From assembly GCA_002495675.1 (NCBI GenBank), contig DAGH01000018.1, positions 28,249-71,017 of the forward strand: a stretch of 42,769 bases of DNA. Reading direction: 5' to 3'. The notes under the pieces are model-generated. The model did no database searches and was not told where the DNA came from. It worked only from the letters and a program-made list of their open reading frames with translations. The number at the start of each line of letters is the position of its first letter. Position 1 is the first letter of the stretch. The position numbers and the translations under genes are program-made. Shown one piece after another: positions 29,177-41,600 of the stretch. The DNA comes from Euryarchaeota archaeon UBA182 (lineage in GTDB: Archaea; Thermoplasmatota; Poseidoniia; Poseidoniales; Thalassarchaeaceae).

Positions 29177-29911
29177 ATGAGGGCCCCTTCAATCTGGGGG
29201 ATCGCAGGATCCCCAATCGATCACTCCATCACTCCATTGCTGTTCCAAACAATTGGGAAGACCTTGGGTGTGTCTTCGACAGAGACGATCAGATTGGAGG
29301 TAAAAGATGCCGAAGAATTACTCAGATATCTCTCCAAGACAGAGGGGGACATATGGCTATCCTGCACTTCGCCAATCAAACACTCGCTACACTCCTCGAT
29401 TGAAGACCAAACACACCCAGCATCATCCTTCAACCACATAATGAAAAAGGACAATTTGTACAAAGTCGCCAACACCGATGGCCAAGGATTCATTCTAGCC
29501 TGCAGGGAGATGGGGTTGGAACCATCCAAGGCCAGCATTATGATCAGGGGTGGCGGTTCGACAGCGAGGTCTGTAGCTCTGGAATGGTCACGATCTGGTG
29601 GTGTGATTGTTCCAGTTGGTGGAAGACGTGAACTCGGAAATGGCCCATGGACTGCAAATACAGTCTCTCAGAATTATGCAGATCTTGGGGTCGATTTCGA
29701 TGCAAGCCCCGGCAGTAGTGAAACCTCGGACATGAATGTAACAACGAAGGTTTCCGTCTCATACGGCAATGATTGGAGTGTAGACGACTTCGCGATCAGG
29801 ATGGTTGTCGCTCAACACCTCCTATCCTGGGAGGTCCTCTACGCCCCTGATCTGGTTAATGCACTCCCCTCAGTGTCTGAGGTATGTGCACTGCTATCGC
29901 ACGCAGATTGA
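29177..29911 (+). CDS. Divergent shikimate dehydrogenase-like protein
   Basis: GSPIDHSITP, CTSPIK, NTDGQG and RGGGSTAR resemble AroE motifs; shorter C-terminal domain. Confidence 0.7.
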   Translation: MRAPSIWGIAGSPIDHSITPLLFQTIGKTLGVSSTETIRLEVKDAEELLRYLSKTEGDIWLSCTSPIKHSLHSSIEDQTHPASSFNHIMKKDNLYKVANTDGQGFILACREMGLEPSKASIMIRGGGSTARSVALEWSRSGGVIVPVGGRRELGNGPWTANTVSQNYADLGVDFDASPGSSETSDMNVTTKVSVSYGNDWSVDDFAIRMVVAQHLLSWEVLYAPDLVNALPSVSEVCALLSHAD

Positions 29912-29967
29912 GATATACCGCTCATAAAAGGTCAACATCATATGTCATGGTGGGCCCGGGAGAGATC

Positions 29968-31287
29968 ATGGCCGACCCATTGAAAGACCTCCTTGCAGAC
30001 TTGCCTTTCCTAAACGACACAACTTGGCAGTTTGTCGCTGCTATCATGATTACTCTCGGATTGTATGTCGGGCTCAGATTCCTGATCGGCAAGTGGAGGG
30101 AGGCAGTGCTCAGAACCGAGGAAGCATGGGACGATGCCCTCCTAAACGCCGCCGAATCCAGAGCTTATGGGCTGTATTTTATTGGGTCACTGAACCTTAC
30201 TTTGATTTGGATATATGGCCGGGGCAGCGAGGTAGACTCTAATTCGTCGGATTATTTCATCGGAGCGTACATCATTCTGGCGACGAGCCTTATTAGCGTT
30301 GTAATCAAGCACTTTGCACCACTCCTCCTAGACCGATTCACGAGGAAGTCTGCAGTGACCGTCTCGGGCGGGAACCCCCTGCTCATATTCATTGGCAGAG
30401 CCGTAGTCTGGTTCTTCGGCCTCCAACTTGCGATGGACAGATTCGGTGTCGAGCTCATCGGAGTGCTCGCATCACTCGCAGTGTTCTCTTTGATCATAGG
30501 TCTGGCTATCCAACAGAGCCTCGGCAACATCGTCAACTCGTTCCTTCTCTCATTGGATAGACCATTCGACGTTGGCGACAGGATCGAGGTGGATGATCAA
30601 CTTGGGACTGTGGTCTCAGTTGGAATCCTGTCGACGAAGATACTTACACTGGACGAGAGGCTCGTCGTAATACCTAACAACACACTGATCTCTTCCAGCA
30701 TAACTAACTTTGCCAGAGGTGGTGGAGATGGGATGGCTAGGAGACTGTATCTCACAATCGACGTAGGCGTCGACTACGATGAGGACCCTGCGCACGTTAA
30801 GGGAGTCCTGCTAGAGGTCCTTGAGAAGTCCCCTTTCGTCCTGGATGACCCAGCACCTCGAGTCCACTTGTGGGAGCTCGCAGACTCATCCGTCATCTTC
30901 AGATTGTTCGGGTATCTCGGTGACTACGCTGATGAGCAACTAGCCCGAGACTACATACTCCAAGAGGTCCACTACAGATTCGGCATCGAGGGAATATCAA
31001 TCCCATTCCCAACGAGCATCGAACTGAGGGAGAAGCCATCGCCCTTCACGGGCGGGGCGACTGAGAGCAGGGAGCACAAGAAGGCCACTGCGCAGTCCAT
31101 GGCACGAATGAGGGCCAGGAAGGAATCCCGAGAGCTTCTCATGGAGCGAGAGAGGATGGAGCGGGAGTTAGAGTGGCAGAAGGCTCGACTGAAGAACCAA
31201 GACGGCTTGAAAACGTCTGAGTTAGAAGACTTGAGATCAAGTATCAAGGACTTGGAGAAGGCCCTACAGTCTTTCGACACAGAATAA
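29968..31287 (+). CDS. MscS family mechanosensitive channel with C-terminal coiled coil
   Basis: GLAIQQSLGN, DRPFDVGDRI, VVIPNN, GISIPFP; charged heptad tail; start may be 29947. Confidence 0.9.
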   Translation: MADPLKDLLADLPFLNDTTWQFVAAIMITLGLYVGLRFLIGKWREAVLRTEEAWDDALLNAAESRAYGLYFIGSLNLTLIWIYGRGSEVDSNSSDYFIGAYIILATSLISVVIKHFAPLLLDRFTRKSAVTVSGGNPLLIFIGRAVVWFFGLQLAMDRFGVELIGVLASLAVFSLIIGLAIQQSLGNIVNSFLLSLDRPFDVGDRIEVDDQLGTVVSVGILSTKILTLDERLVVIPNNTLISSSITNFARGGGDGMARRLYLTIDVGVDYDEDPAHVKGVLLEVLEKSPFVLDDPAPRVHLWELADSSVIFRLFGYLGDYADEQLARDYILQEVHYRFGIEGISIPFPTSIELREKPSPFTGGATESREHKKATAQSMARMRARKESRELLMERERMERELEWQKARLKNQDGLKTSELEDLRSSIKDLEKALQSFDTE

Positions 31288-31336
31288 CCCTTTCATGATA
31301 GATGATTCTATATCAAAAACCCTCATTGGGTAAGCG

Positions 31337-32008
31337 ATGGCCGGTACCAGTCTGCGGACCATCGGCCTCTCAATGAAGAACGCCGACTGGGCAAACACGC
31401 CTCAGCACTCGATCACCGAGTTTTTCACGATCGGCAGGGTACTCAACTCAATCCCAGATGGGGACGGCTTCCTCTCGCAGATCGAGTTGGTGAAGGTACA
31501 CGCAAGGTCGCTTGAGGACTTCCAGAACCTCGCTGATGGCTCCCCCGCCAGCCAAATCATGAAGATCCGAGAGGTGAACATAGACACAGAGACGATCTCG
31601 ATTGTCATGGCGAACCTCAACGGCCCCTTCTTCAGGATGCTTCGCAGCCTCAAGAACGTCTGGCCCATAAGTCCCACAAACTGGGAAAAGGGTAGTGGAA
31701 TCCTCGTCACGGTGTATGGCGATCAGCCCACCTTGAGAACGCTCGCAAAGAGGTCTAGAGAAATTATGAAGACCAACAAAATACTGTTCACCCTCTCATC
31801 CCCCAAGACCGAGTTCTTCGTCGAGGAGATCCCTGACCGTAGGAGGGAGACGGTGAAAACCGCCATCACCATGGGCTATTACGAGTACCCCAGACGCTGC
31901 ACGCAGCGGGACATCGCGGATCGCCTGAACCTCAAACAGGCCACAGTGTCTGAACACCTTCAGCGCGGGGAGATGAGCATCATGACATCCTGGTCCGATA
32001 CCATGTAA
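31337..32008 (+). CDS. HTH-10 (bacterio-opsin activator-type) transcriptional regulator
   Basis: C-terminal TAITMGYYEYPRRCTQRDIADRLNLKQATVSEHLQRGE. Confidence 0.88.
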   Translation: MAGTSLRTIGLSMKNADWANTPQHSITEFFTIGRVLNSIPDGDGFLSQIELVKVHARSLEDFQNLADGSPASQIMKIREVNIDTETISIVMANLNGPFFRMLRSLKNVWPISPTNWEKGSGILVTVYGDQPTLRTLAKRSREIMKTNKILFTLSSPKTEFFVEEIPDRRRETVKTAITMGYYEYPRRCTQRDIADRLNLKQATVSEHLQRGEMSIMTSWSDTM

Positions 32009-32012
32009 ATGC

Positions 32013-32621
32013 TCATGGCCCCCTGATGCCAGAAAGTATACCCAAGAGTACCAGGATAAAACCCGCCACGGGCAGTGCCATGGCCCTGAAGCGATTCGAT
32101 CCGAACGCACCTTCGAGTTGGCTTCCAAAGAGGGTCCATGCAGATATCCCAACGAGGCAATAGGCGGTCACGATAGCCACTATCGCGACCCCTCCAGCGA
32201 GGTCTCCGCCGAATGGATCGATGTACTGAGTCACGTAGAGTATTACAAAACCCCACTCCTTACCGTTGACCCACTGCATCAAGAACCCAGCCATAGGCCC
32301 TAGCCTTGGCAACTCTGCATCGACGTCGTAGGCGGTCGCTAGCCTCGACACGAAGAGCCCCAGCAGTATGATGAAAGACACTCCTACCCAGTGGATCACA
32401 GCCTTGAGCCCCGGCTCGGAGTCAAATCCCAAGACGACGACCACCACAAGCATATTCAACGAGACGAACCCGACTGCCATCCCGAGTATCAGTGGTACGG
32501 TCCTCCTCGATCCATGTAAACCGGAGTGAATGAAACAGGTCATGTTATTGGGCCCCGGCGTCACTATGCCTATCGTCACGAGCCCAAGGAGACCGAGAAT
32601 CGAGACCATCGATGCCGTCAT
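32013..32621 (-). CDS. LysE family exporter (EamB/cysteine-efflux-like)
   Basis: TPGPNN, GFLMQWVNGK; multi-TM. Confidence 0.85.
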   Translation of the reverse strand: MTASMVSILGLLGLVTIGIVTPGPNNMTCFIHSGLHGSRRTVPLILGMAVGFVSLNMLVVVVVLGFDSEPGLKAVIHWVGVSFIILLGLFVSRLATAYDVDAELPRLGPMAGFLMQWVNGKEWGFVILYVTQYIDPFGGDLAGGVAIVAIVTAYCLVGISAWTLFGSQLEGAFGSNRFRAMALPVAGFILVLLGILSGIRGP

Positions 32622-32667
32622 ATTCGACTAACGACTAGAACAATCCCTATTATGAATGGTTCCTTTG

Positions 32668-32674
32668 TTTATAT
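32668..32674 (+). promoter_or_regulatory. Putative TATA box for the giant surface-protein gene
   Basis: TTTATAT about 23 nt upstream of ATG 32697, consistent with a leaderless transcript. Confidence 0.4.
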
Positions 32675-32696
32675 GATTGAACACCCTTGGGAAGAC

Positions 32697-35600
32697 ATGC
32701 AAACAGGCTCAGCCTTGTCGAAGAAAAAAACCACCCTGTGGAGTGCAAGAAGCTCGGAAGGGAAGGGTAAGGCTATTTTACTCTCGTTCTTGATGGTGAT
32801 GCTCGTACAATCAACATACTTTAGCAGCTACACGGCTCCGGAACTCACAGAATCACCAACACCCGCAGATGTCCACAATGGTAACCCCTACAGACATCTC
32901 AATGAGTCGATCTTCGAGGTCGGTCTGGGACACACTTGTGTCGTGGGCCACGATACCTCGGTCCTTGGATTCGGTGACCGCATGAAGTGCTGGGGCATCG
33001 GGGACATGGGCCAACTCGGCATTGGGAACACCCAGGACATGGGAGACGAGGCCGGAGAGATGGGGGAGGACCTACCCTTCGTTGACACTGGTGTGGATCT
33101 GAACATTACCGAAATCGCCCTTGGGGAGGGCCACACTTGCGCTCTCTTTGAGAATGGGTCGGCGAAATGCTGGGGTGAGACCACTCTGATAGGCATAGGC
33201 TACAACGATGTTGATGGGTTCGGTGACGGCTATCAGGAAACTGGCGATGTCCTTCCTTACCTCCCCCTACCGGCAGGCAGGACGATACTTGACATCGACG
33301 CCGGCCAGAGGCATACCTGCGCCATCCTCGACAACCAAGACATCACCTGCTGGGGGGCCAACAGCCATGGGCAGCTCGGCACGGGCAACACTTCGCTAAT
33401 CGGCGACTCGCCCGACGAGATCGGGGATGGACTTCCCATTATCGCCGCCAGCCACTCATCGGCCACATCACCTCCCGCCTCCCTCGCCCTGGGCTGGGAC
33501 CACACCTGCGTCCTGTTCGAGAACGGAACCGTGACCTGCTGGGGGTCCAATGCACACGGCCAGCTTGGGATCGAGTCAACGACCACCATCGGGGACCAGC
33601 CGGGCGATATGGGAGACAGCCTCCTCCAAGTCGCCCTCCCATCCGGTAGGACGGCGACCCAGGTCACAGCCGGTGATGGCTTCACCTGCGCACTCCTCGA
33701 CAACTCGGAGGTCGCTTGCTGGGGCAAGAACGACAAGGGGCAGATGGGGATAGGCACCACCTCGAACCAAGGCGACAGCGCCGGGGAGATGGGGGACTCA
33801 CTCACAACCGTCGATCTCAGCTACAACGCCCTATCCGTCGATGCGGGTATGGACCACGTCTGCGCGGTCGTTGATACCTCATCAGGGAGGGTCCAGTGCT
33901 GGGGCGGCAACCAAGCGGGTCAACTGGGCTATGGTGACACCCAGAACAGGGGTGACGGACTCAACGAGATGGGGTCTGCCCTCCAGAACGTGAACCTGGG
34001 GAATAATGGGATCCTTGCCGTGAGTGCGGGAGACCAGATGACCTGCGCCATCGATGCGAGCAAGAGGGTCCTGTGCTTCGGAATAAATGTCCGGGGTCAG
34101 CTCGGTGTGGGATCGACCCAATACATCGGCGACGACAGTCAGGACATGCCACCCTCCGAGACCCACATCGAGATTTGGGAATCGTTCGAAGGAAGCGGAT
34201 GCAGGGCCTACCTCTTCCCGCCGTTCCACCCAACGTTCTCAGGGTCGACGGTGGATGAGACATCAAACGACGTCGGCGATGACAACGACATGCAGCTCCT
34301 CTCAGATGGCTGTCCCGTGGTCTCATATGCAGATCAGGAAAACAACGACGTCAAGGTCGCGATCTTCGCAAATGGGCTCTGGACCGTCGAGACCCCGATC
34401 CCCGACACTACGTCCGTGCTCTCGACATCAGTGGCCGTCGACAACGACGACAGGGTCCACGTCATCGCAACGGATCCCTCCTACGACGCCTCCAGCCAGG
34501 ACATCGTGTTCTCGACCAAGGTCGCGGGACGATGGGTCTCGACTCAACTCCCCCAATCCGCAAATGCCAACCTCGTCGACATGCTTTGGACCCCCGATGG
34601 CCTCGTGGCCACCTGGTCCACTGGCTCCAAGGTCACCTCGATGGAGTGCCCGTCATCGTGTCACCAGGCCTCGCAGTGGTCCGAGGTCTTCGATCAGTCC
34701 TACTCCGGGGTCACCAACCTGGAGACAACGTATAACGAAATCACTGACTCGGTCCACGTAGCCTTCACGATCTCGACCATGTCAGGGGACGTACTGAGGT
34801 ACCTTACGACCACGGCGACCGGCGTCCAGACGGCGTTGGTGACCTCCGACTCATCCACCAGCACGACGGAGAGAGGAATCTCGTTGGACTCGGACTTCGA
34901 GGGGACTCTCTACCTCGCCTACGAAAATGGAAGCGGCCACGTCACCCTATCGACGTGCAACCCCTCCACCTCGTCTTGCGCGTCCGCATCATCCTGGACC
35001 AGCGAGGACACTGGCCTGTCAGGGTCGGACATCCACCTCAGCGTCGATCGCAGCAAGAACCCCCACATCGCAGCCAACGACGCTAGCTCCCTAGTGGTGT
35101 CCAGCAGGATGGACGGCTCATGGACCAACACCCAAGTCTTCAATTTCGAGTCCGACTGGACCTCCTTCGCCGTGGATCCGTATGGTCGGACGTGGGTCGC
35201 CGCCCATATCGGCGCCAGCGACGACCTGTGGGTTTTCGACGCCTGGGGTTTCGGTGGAAATGGGCTTGAGCTCGACACGGACCAAGACGGGTTTACGGGC
35301 TACGACGAGCACCAGTGTGGGACAGACCCTACCGACCCCTCGTCAGTTCCCGCGGACTTTGACATGGATGGGAGATGCGATCAGATAGACGACCTCGTCG
35401 ACCTCCCTGCCGTCGGAGAATCTTCCATCCTTGCCATGGGAGACTCGTTCGGCTGCGCGATCACGACCAGCGACGAGGTCGTCTGCTGGGGCTTGAACGA
35501 CCAAGGCCAGCTCGGGAGGCCCACCACGGGCAACAACGCCCAGATTGCGGGCCAGGTCATCGGGCTGCCCACCAGCTTCCGGCCGATATCGGTCGATGCG

Positions 35601-38600
35601 GGCCACGATCACGCCTGTGCCGTTGGTGCAGACGGCGAGGTCTGGTGCTGGGGCAGGAACATTGAGGGACAGGTCGGAACCGGGTCGTCAACTACATCGG
35701 AGGGCCCCACGCAGGCCACGATGCCCGGGGGAACCCGTGCACTGTCTGTGTCTGCCGGAGACACCCATACCTGTGCTACCCTAACAAACGGCAGACTGGC
35801 ATGCTGGGGCACAGGATCATCAGGCCAGATCGGGCCTATGATCGGGATGCCAAACGGATTACATCAAGGCGACTTCCAATACCCATTCGAAGCGGACTCC
35901 CGGTTTGATTCCACCCGTGGCAATGTATTCTCCTCCACCAACCAAGGGGTACACTCGAGTACGTCAGGATTCTACATCAACACCCCCATTAACCAATTTG
36001 TGGGCTCGTTGCCATACACCGTCAGCTACGACTACTACGTTGGTGCCGAGAATTGCTGTGACAAACTCCACTTCGGACTTTCTGACGAGGGAAGCTCCTT
36101 GCAATCGCTGCAAGTTCACAGCAACAACCGAGCATGGAACACTCAAACCCACACGATAACGTCCCTGAGCGACATGCAACTCTCATGGTGGTTCTACAAG
36201 GATGCTAGTGCCAACAATTACGAGGACTCCGGGTTCGTTGACAACGTTGTAATCACGGACTCCAATGGAGCAGTGATGTTCTCTGAGGACTCCTGGATCC
36301 CCCAGAGTACCGCGGTCCAACCAAGCTACATCTCCATGCCAACCGAATCGAGGGTCATCGAGGAGGTCAGCGCCGGCACCCGTCACACATGCGCAGTCGA
36401 CTCCGCGAGGCAGGTGCTGTGTTGGGGCTACAATGGCGGCTCGACCACCATGACCCTCGGCAACCATGGCTATCTTGCCGGCAACTCCAGCGATCCTGTC
36501 TATGTGACGCTTCTGGGCTCTGGATCGGAGGTTCAAGAGACACCCGGCATCAGATCCATATCGGCTGGTGGTGACGTTACATGTGGAATCCTGGACACTG
36601 GGCTCGCCACAGTGTGTTGGGGCAAGGGCATGAACGGCGTGGAGCTCCTTGGGGCGTCCGACGCAGCCATTGGGGGTGCCTACACCGACACGGGCAGCCC
36701 CGGTGACAGGCACCTCTCGGTCTCAGTCGGGGAGCAACATGCCTGCTCTGTCGTCGAGTCATCCGTGTACTGCTGGGGTCGGGAGGACTCCGGCGAGCTT
36801 GGGGACGGGGGCCCCCAATCTTCTGACCCCCCGAGCCCGGTAGAGGCCCAGATAGGATACGGCACCCCCATGGAGGTCGTCGTCGGGATCGACGCCAGCT
36901 GCGTCGTCCTCAGGCCATCTCCCTCCAGCACGGACTCAAGGATAGGCTGCTGGGGAGAGTCCGCCTCGGGCCAGATGGGATCTGGGGCCCTCCCCGACCA
37001 GACATCAGGACCTGACTCCGAGGGTAGGCTTGTCGAGTTCTCTGTGGGGTCGCCCGTGAACGCCCCGCTCAAGACAGACGTGCTGAGGATGGGTCCATCC
37101 TCCCCATACATGGTCGCGGTCGGGCACGACCACACCTGCTTCATGTCGATGCTAGGCCTGGTCAAGTGCACAGGTTCCAATAGCTACGGACAACTTGGGC
37201 TAGGACACCCCACCAACCTCTATCCAGCTACGACCCGAGCGGACTGGGTCCAACTGGGAAGCAACAGGACCGCCACGATGATTGACGCTGGCGAACTCTA
37301 CACCTGCGCGCTGCTTGACGACGGCGTTGTGAAGTGCTGGGGGCACAATGGCTACGGACAACTTGGGCTTGGACACTACAACAACATGGGCGACCACCCG
37401 AACGAGATGGGCGACCAACTGCCGGCAGTGTCACTGGGCCAGCCGGCCATCGACCTGTCAGCCGGACGTAGACATGCCTGCGCAGTCCTTCAAGATGGGA
37501 CCCTGAAGTGCTGGGGGAACAACCAGTACGGCACACTCGGGCTGGGGTCCACCCAAAACAAGGTCATCCCCCAGACCGTGGACCTGGGTCCGGGGATGAA
37601 GGCACTCGACGTCGAGGCCGGCTACCTAAACACCTGCGTCATTATGACGACCGGTCAAGTGAAATGCTGGGGCTATGGGCAATATGGTTTATTCGGGCCA
37701 TCCTACGATTCCATAGGGGACAATAACGGCGAGACCGGCGAGAGCCTCCCATTCGTCGACCTTGGGACCTCTAGGCACGCCACATCCCTCTTCTTGGCCG
37801 AGACCAATGCGTGCGCCTCCATGAGCGACCTCACGACACTCTGCTGGGGAGATGACTACTACGGTTATCACGGCAATAACGGGGAGCGGAGCGTAGGCAA
37901 CGCCCTGGACTTGGATGGGGACGGGTTCTCTGACGAGATGGGCGATACCATGGTCGAGGTCCATTTGCGAAACAAGTCAATCACTAATACCCAAATTCTT
38001 GAACCGGCATCAAGTTACGATCCCATCGTCGATGTCCACGGCTACATGCACACGGGCTGTGGGATAACTGCCAGCGGGGACATATACTGCTGGGGCCGAG
38101 GAGATTACTACCAGCGAGGCGACGGATCCTCTACTTACCGGGTCTTTTGGGGCGTCCAAGTATTGGAGGCACCGCACAGCGCACTCACCATGTCGAGTGG
38201 CTACCTCAGGAGTTGTGCGATCACGACCTCATCAACGATCCTCTGTTGGGGATATGGGAATTACAGGGACTTCCAGCCCGGAACGTCGAGCATTGTCAGG
38301 CCGACCCCCGTGGACATAGACCTCCACTCCGGGGACGCCGACCTCGATGGCTGGCTTGACCTCTGGGACACGGACGACGACAACGATGGGTACCTCGATG
38401 AGTCGGATGACTTCCCATTCGATGCCTGTGCGCACCTTGACACCGATGGGGACGGTCGCCCCAACTTCCTCCTCGGCGGGTGCGTGTCGCCCCTAGTGGA
38501 AGACCTGGACGACGACGGAGACTCTTGGTCGGACCTGGACGAGGTCCTGTGTGGCACCGACCCCCTCGATGTACGGCGCACACCCGGCGATCCTGATGGG

Positions 38601-41600
38601 GACGGCCTTTGCAACGCACTTGACCTCGACGATGACGGCGACGGCTGGCCAGACGAGGACGAGTGGGCTTGCGAGACTAGGAACAACGCCCGGTACTTCC
38701 AGCCACACACCTCCTACGTCCACAGCAATGCGGATCTATACGGTGCGGCTCTGGGGTACCACTACGGCACCCTCCAGATGGTAAGGTACCAGAACTCCAT
38801 GCAGATCTACACCTTCGATCAGCCAACATTCTCGAACAGCCCCCTCAACCCGCGCAGTACCGACCCCGCCTGGGATAACAACTACTACCCAATCGCGCTA
38901 CAGCACGGCGACGAGATGTTCCTCGCGGGGGACGACGCCCTCCACAGGATCGACTTCGACGCGAACGGGGCCTTCACACCCGTGAAGCTCATTGAGAGGG
39001 GCGGTTATGGCGGATCTTCGTACTTCGCCTCAGCTGCCATATCCCATGATGGCACAGCATATCTTACTGACCAATACGCCATCAAAGTGCTCGACCTCGA
39101 GTCGGGCGCGGAAGGCACGATACCCCTACCCCTGCCCTCCACAAGCTGGGGTTACAGGATAGCGACGGACTCGTCCGGTGACCTCTGGTCCGCCTACTAC
39201 CTTGACACCGGCGACCCAGCCACCCGAGGCATGTACGCCTCACAGTGGAACCCCGACTCGTCCACATGGACGTCGACGCTGGCCTTCCCCACGAACATCA
39301 ACCCAAACGAATACCGCCAGGCACAGTATGCCATCGATCAATCCGACAACCACCACATCGCTATCATGGACTCCGGAGTGAAGCACTTCACGAACGCAGG
39401 GGGGTCATGGTCGATGACTCACCATGCCACTGGCACGGTGGACTCACGCAGTGCCGTGTCGATGGCCATCACAGACGCCAATGACGTCCACATTGCATGG
39501 TACGACTTCGCCGACAAGGACCTGATGCACTCGAGGGGCATTGGGGGAACCTGGTACACGAGCGCCGTTCACGACTTCGACAACGATGACAGCTATCCGA
39601 GGAGCATCGACATCACGCTCGATGACCAAGGCGACCCGAGGATCTACGCACTCGTGGACGACGCGACGGGAGACGCAGCAATGATCTACTACGGGTCCTT
39701 CGCCGACCCATCCCTAGACGCCTCGTCCGTGCCATCCGACAGCAACTCCGACGGCACGTGTGACGCGCTGTCGGCAGCGATACTGGACTATGGCGCTGAC
39801 ATAACGTTCGAAATGGGCTTCGAGTCCACCTTCACGCCCCTCTACGAGGGTCTCCTCCCCACCTCGATATCGATCACGCCCCCCCTACCCACAGGGCTCG
39901 ACATCGACCCGGTCACCGGTGCGATCCAAGGCACGCCGCTCTACCCCGACACCCAAGGCAGCACCCACACCATAACGACGACCTCCTCGAACGAGGTCTG
40001 GTTCGGGCAGATCGAGGTCAGGATCCTCGATGCCCCGCCCATGATCGCCGATAGACAATCAATACAGTCCTACAACGACCTCGAGGCGCGACGAGACGTC
40101 AGCGAGGTCGAGTATGACTCTGAGGGCAACAAATACCAGGCCGGCTACAGGTTCATGAGCAACTGTGGCTCAGTCGGGCAGATCACGAAGAGGGCCCCTG
40201 ATGGCACGACGCTCTGGTGCACGTCAATCGAAAGCATGGGACAGATCCCCGGGTCTAGCTACCATGCCTTCGTCCAGGGGATGAAGGTCTCCCCAGACGG
40301 CAGCCTTGTCGTATCGATCGTCAAGAACGGCGACCTCAAGGTGGGGATCGGCCACTTGACTGACTCTTCCCAAAACGTTCGGTACGAGACCTACGACTCG
40401 AACATGCAAAGCTTCGCCATCATGAAGCTCGACCCCCTCACTGGGGCCCCCATCTGGGTCCGGACCCAATCCGCCATCTCGGAGGGCGATTTTGCCGTTC
40501 CCGTTGATGGCATTCACCCAAGTTACCTCCGTTCCCACATACGCGACTCGATGTCGATCGATGGCAGCGGGGGGATCACTTTCTCCTACGTGATGTACGA
40601 CGACGACGGCCAAGAAAAGATGACGGAGTTCGCAGGATCCCGCCTCCCAACAGCCCCGCCATGCACGACTCACAATGGAGCCACTGAGAGCCATATCCGT
40701 GTCGGTGTCATCAGGCTCTCCCCCAGCGGGGACCTAGCATGGAACGTGGGGCTTGAGCCCTTGAATGGGACCAGCTGCTACCACTTCCACAGAAACACAT
40801 TCGGGCCCTACGGCTACTATGAGGATGGCCACACCCGAGCGGTCGTCACAGCCCACCCCGACGGCAGCGCCTCGGTCGCTGCCCCATTCCATTCCAACCT
40901 GTCGGTCGGCGGCGTGGTCGTCGAGCCTCGTGCCAGCCAGACCACTGGCCTTGCAATGGCTAGGATCTCGAGCAACGGGCAGGTGATGTGGGCCGACTCG
41001 GTCTCGAGCACCATCGATGGGGTGGATGCTATTCTAACCTCCAACAGCGGTCTATGGACGTCCTCAGACTTCTCGTCCTTGGTCTCCTATGACAACGGCG
41101 ACCTGGGCGCGATATTCACAGATAGGGCATGCACACCCGACTATCAGGAAACGGTGCCCGTTCTCGACTTCCTAGGCGAAGAGATCAGTCCGCAGGGGAA
41201 CTGCTGGCTCGCGGCAATCAGGGTCGACGCGACTGGCTCAGTCGTGTGGTCGAGGATCATCGAGGGCGCCGGACTGTATACGAACAGTGGAACGCTCCAC
41301 ACCGTCCTAGATGTGGACGAAACGATGAGATTGCTAGTCGAAAGGGAGCTATACACAACCAACCCCTCAGTCCTTGATGCCCATCCACACCTCGAGTTTG
41401 GGGCCCTGAGGATGATCCACATAGACAACCTCGGAAGAATCTCGGCGAGCTCAGCCTCGCACAGCGGACAATCGGGCCAAACGTACGTCGATGACCTCGA
41501 CGTCGATCCGAGCGGGGATACCGTTTGGATCGGCAGGACGCAATCCCAGAAGTGGGGAAGGCAGACCGCATCGACGACGCTCAGCGATGGCCAACAGACC

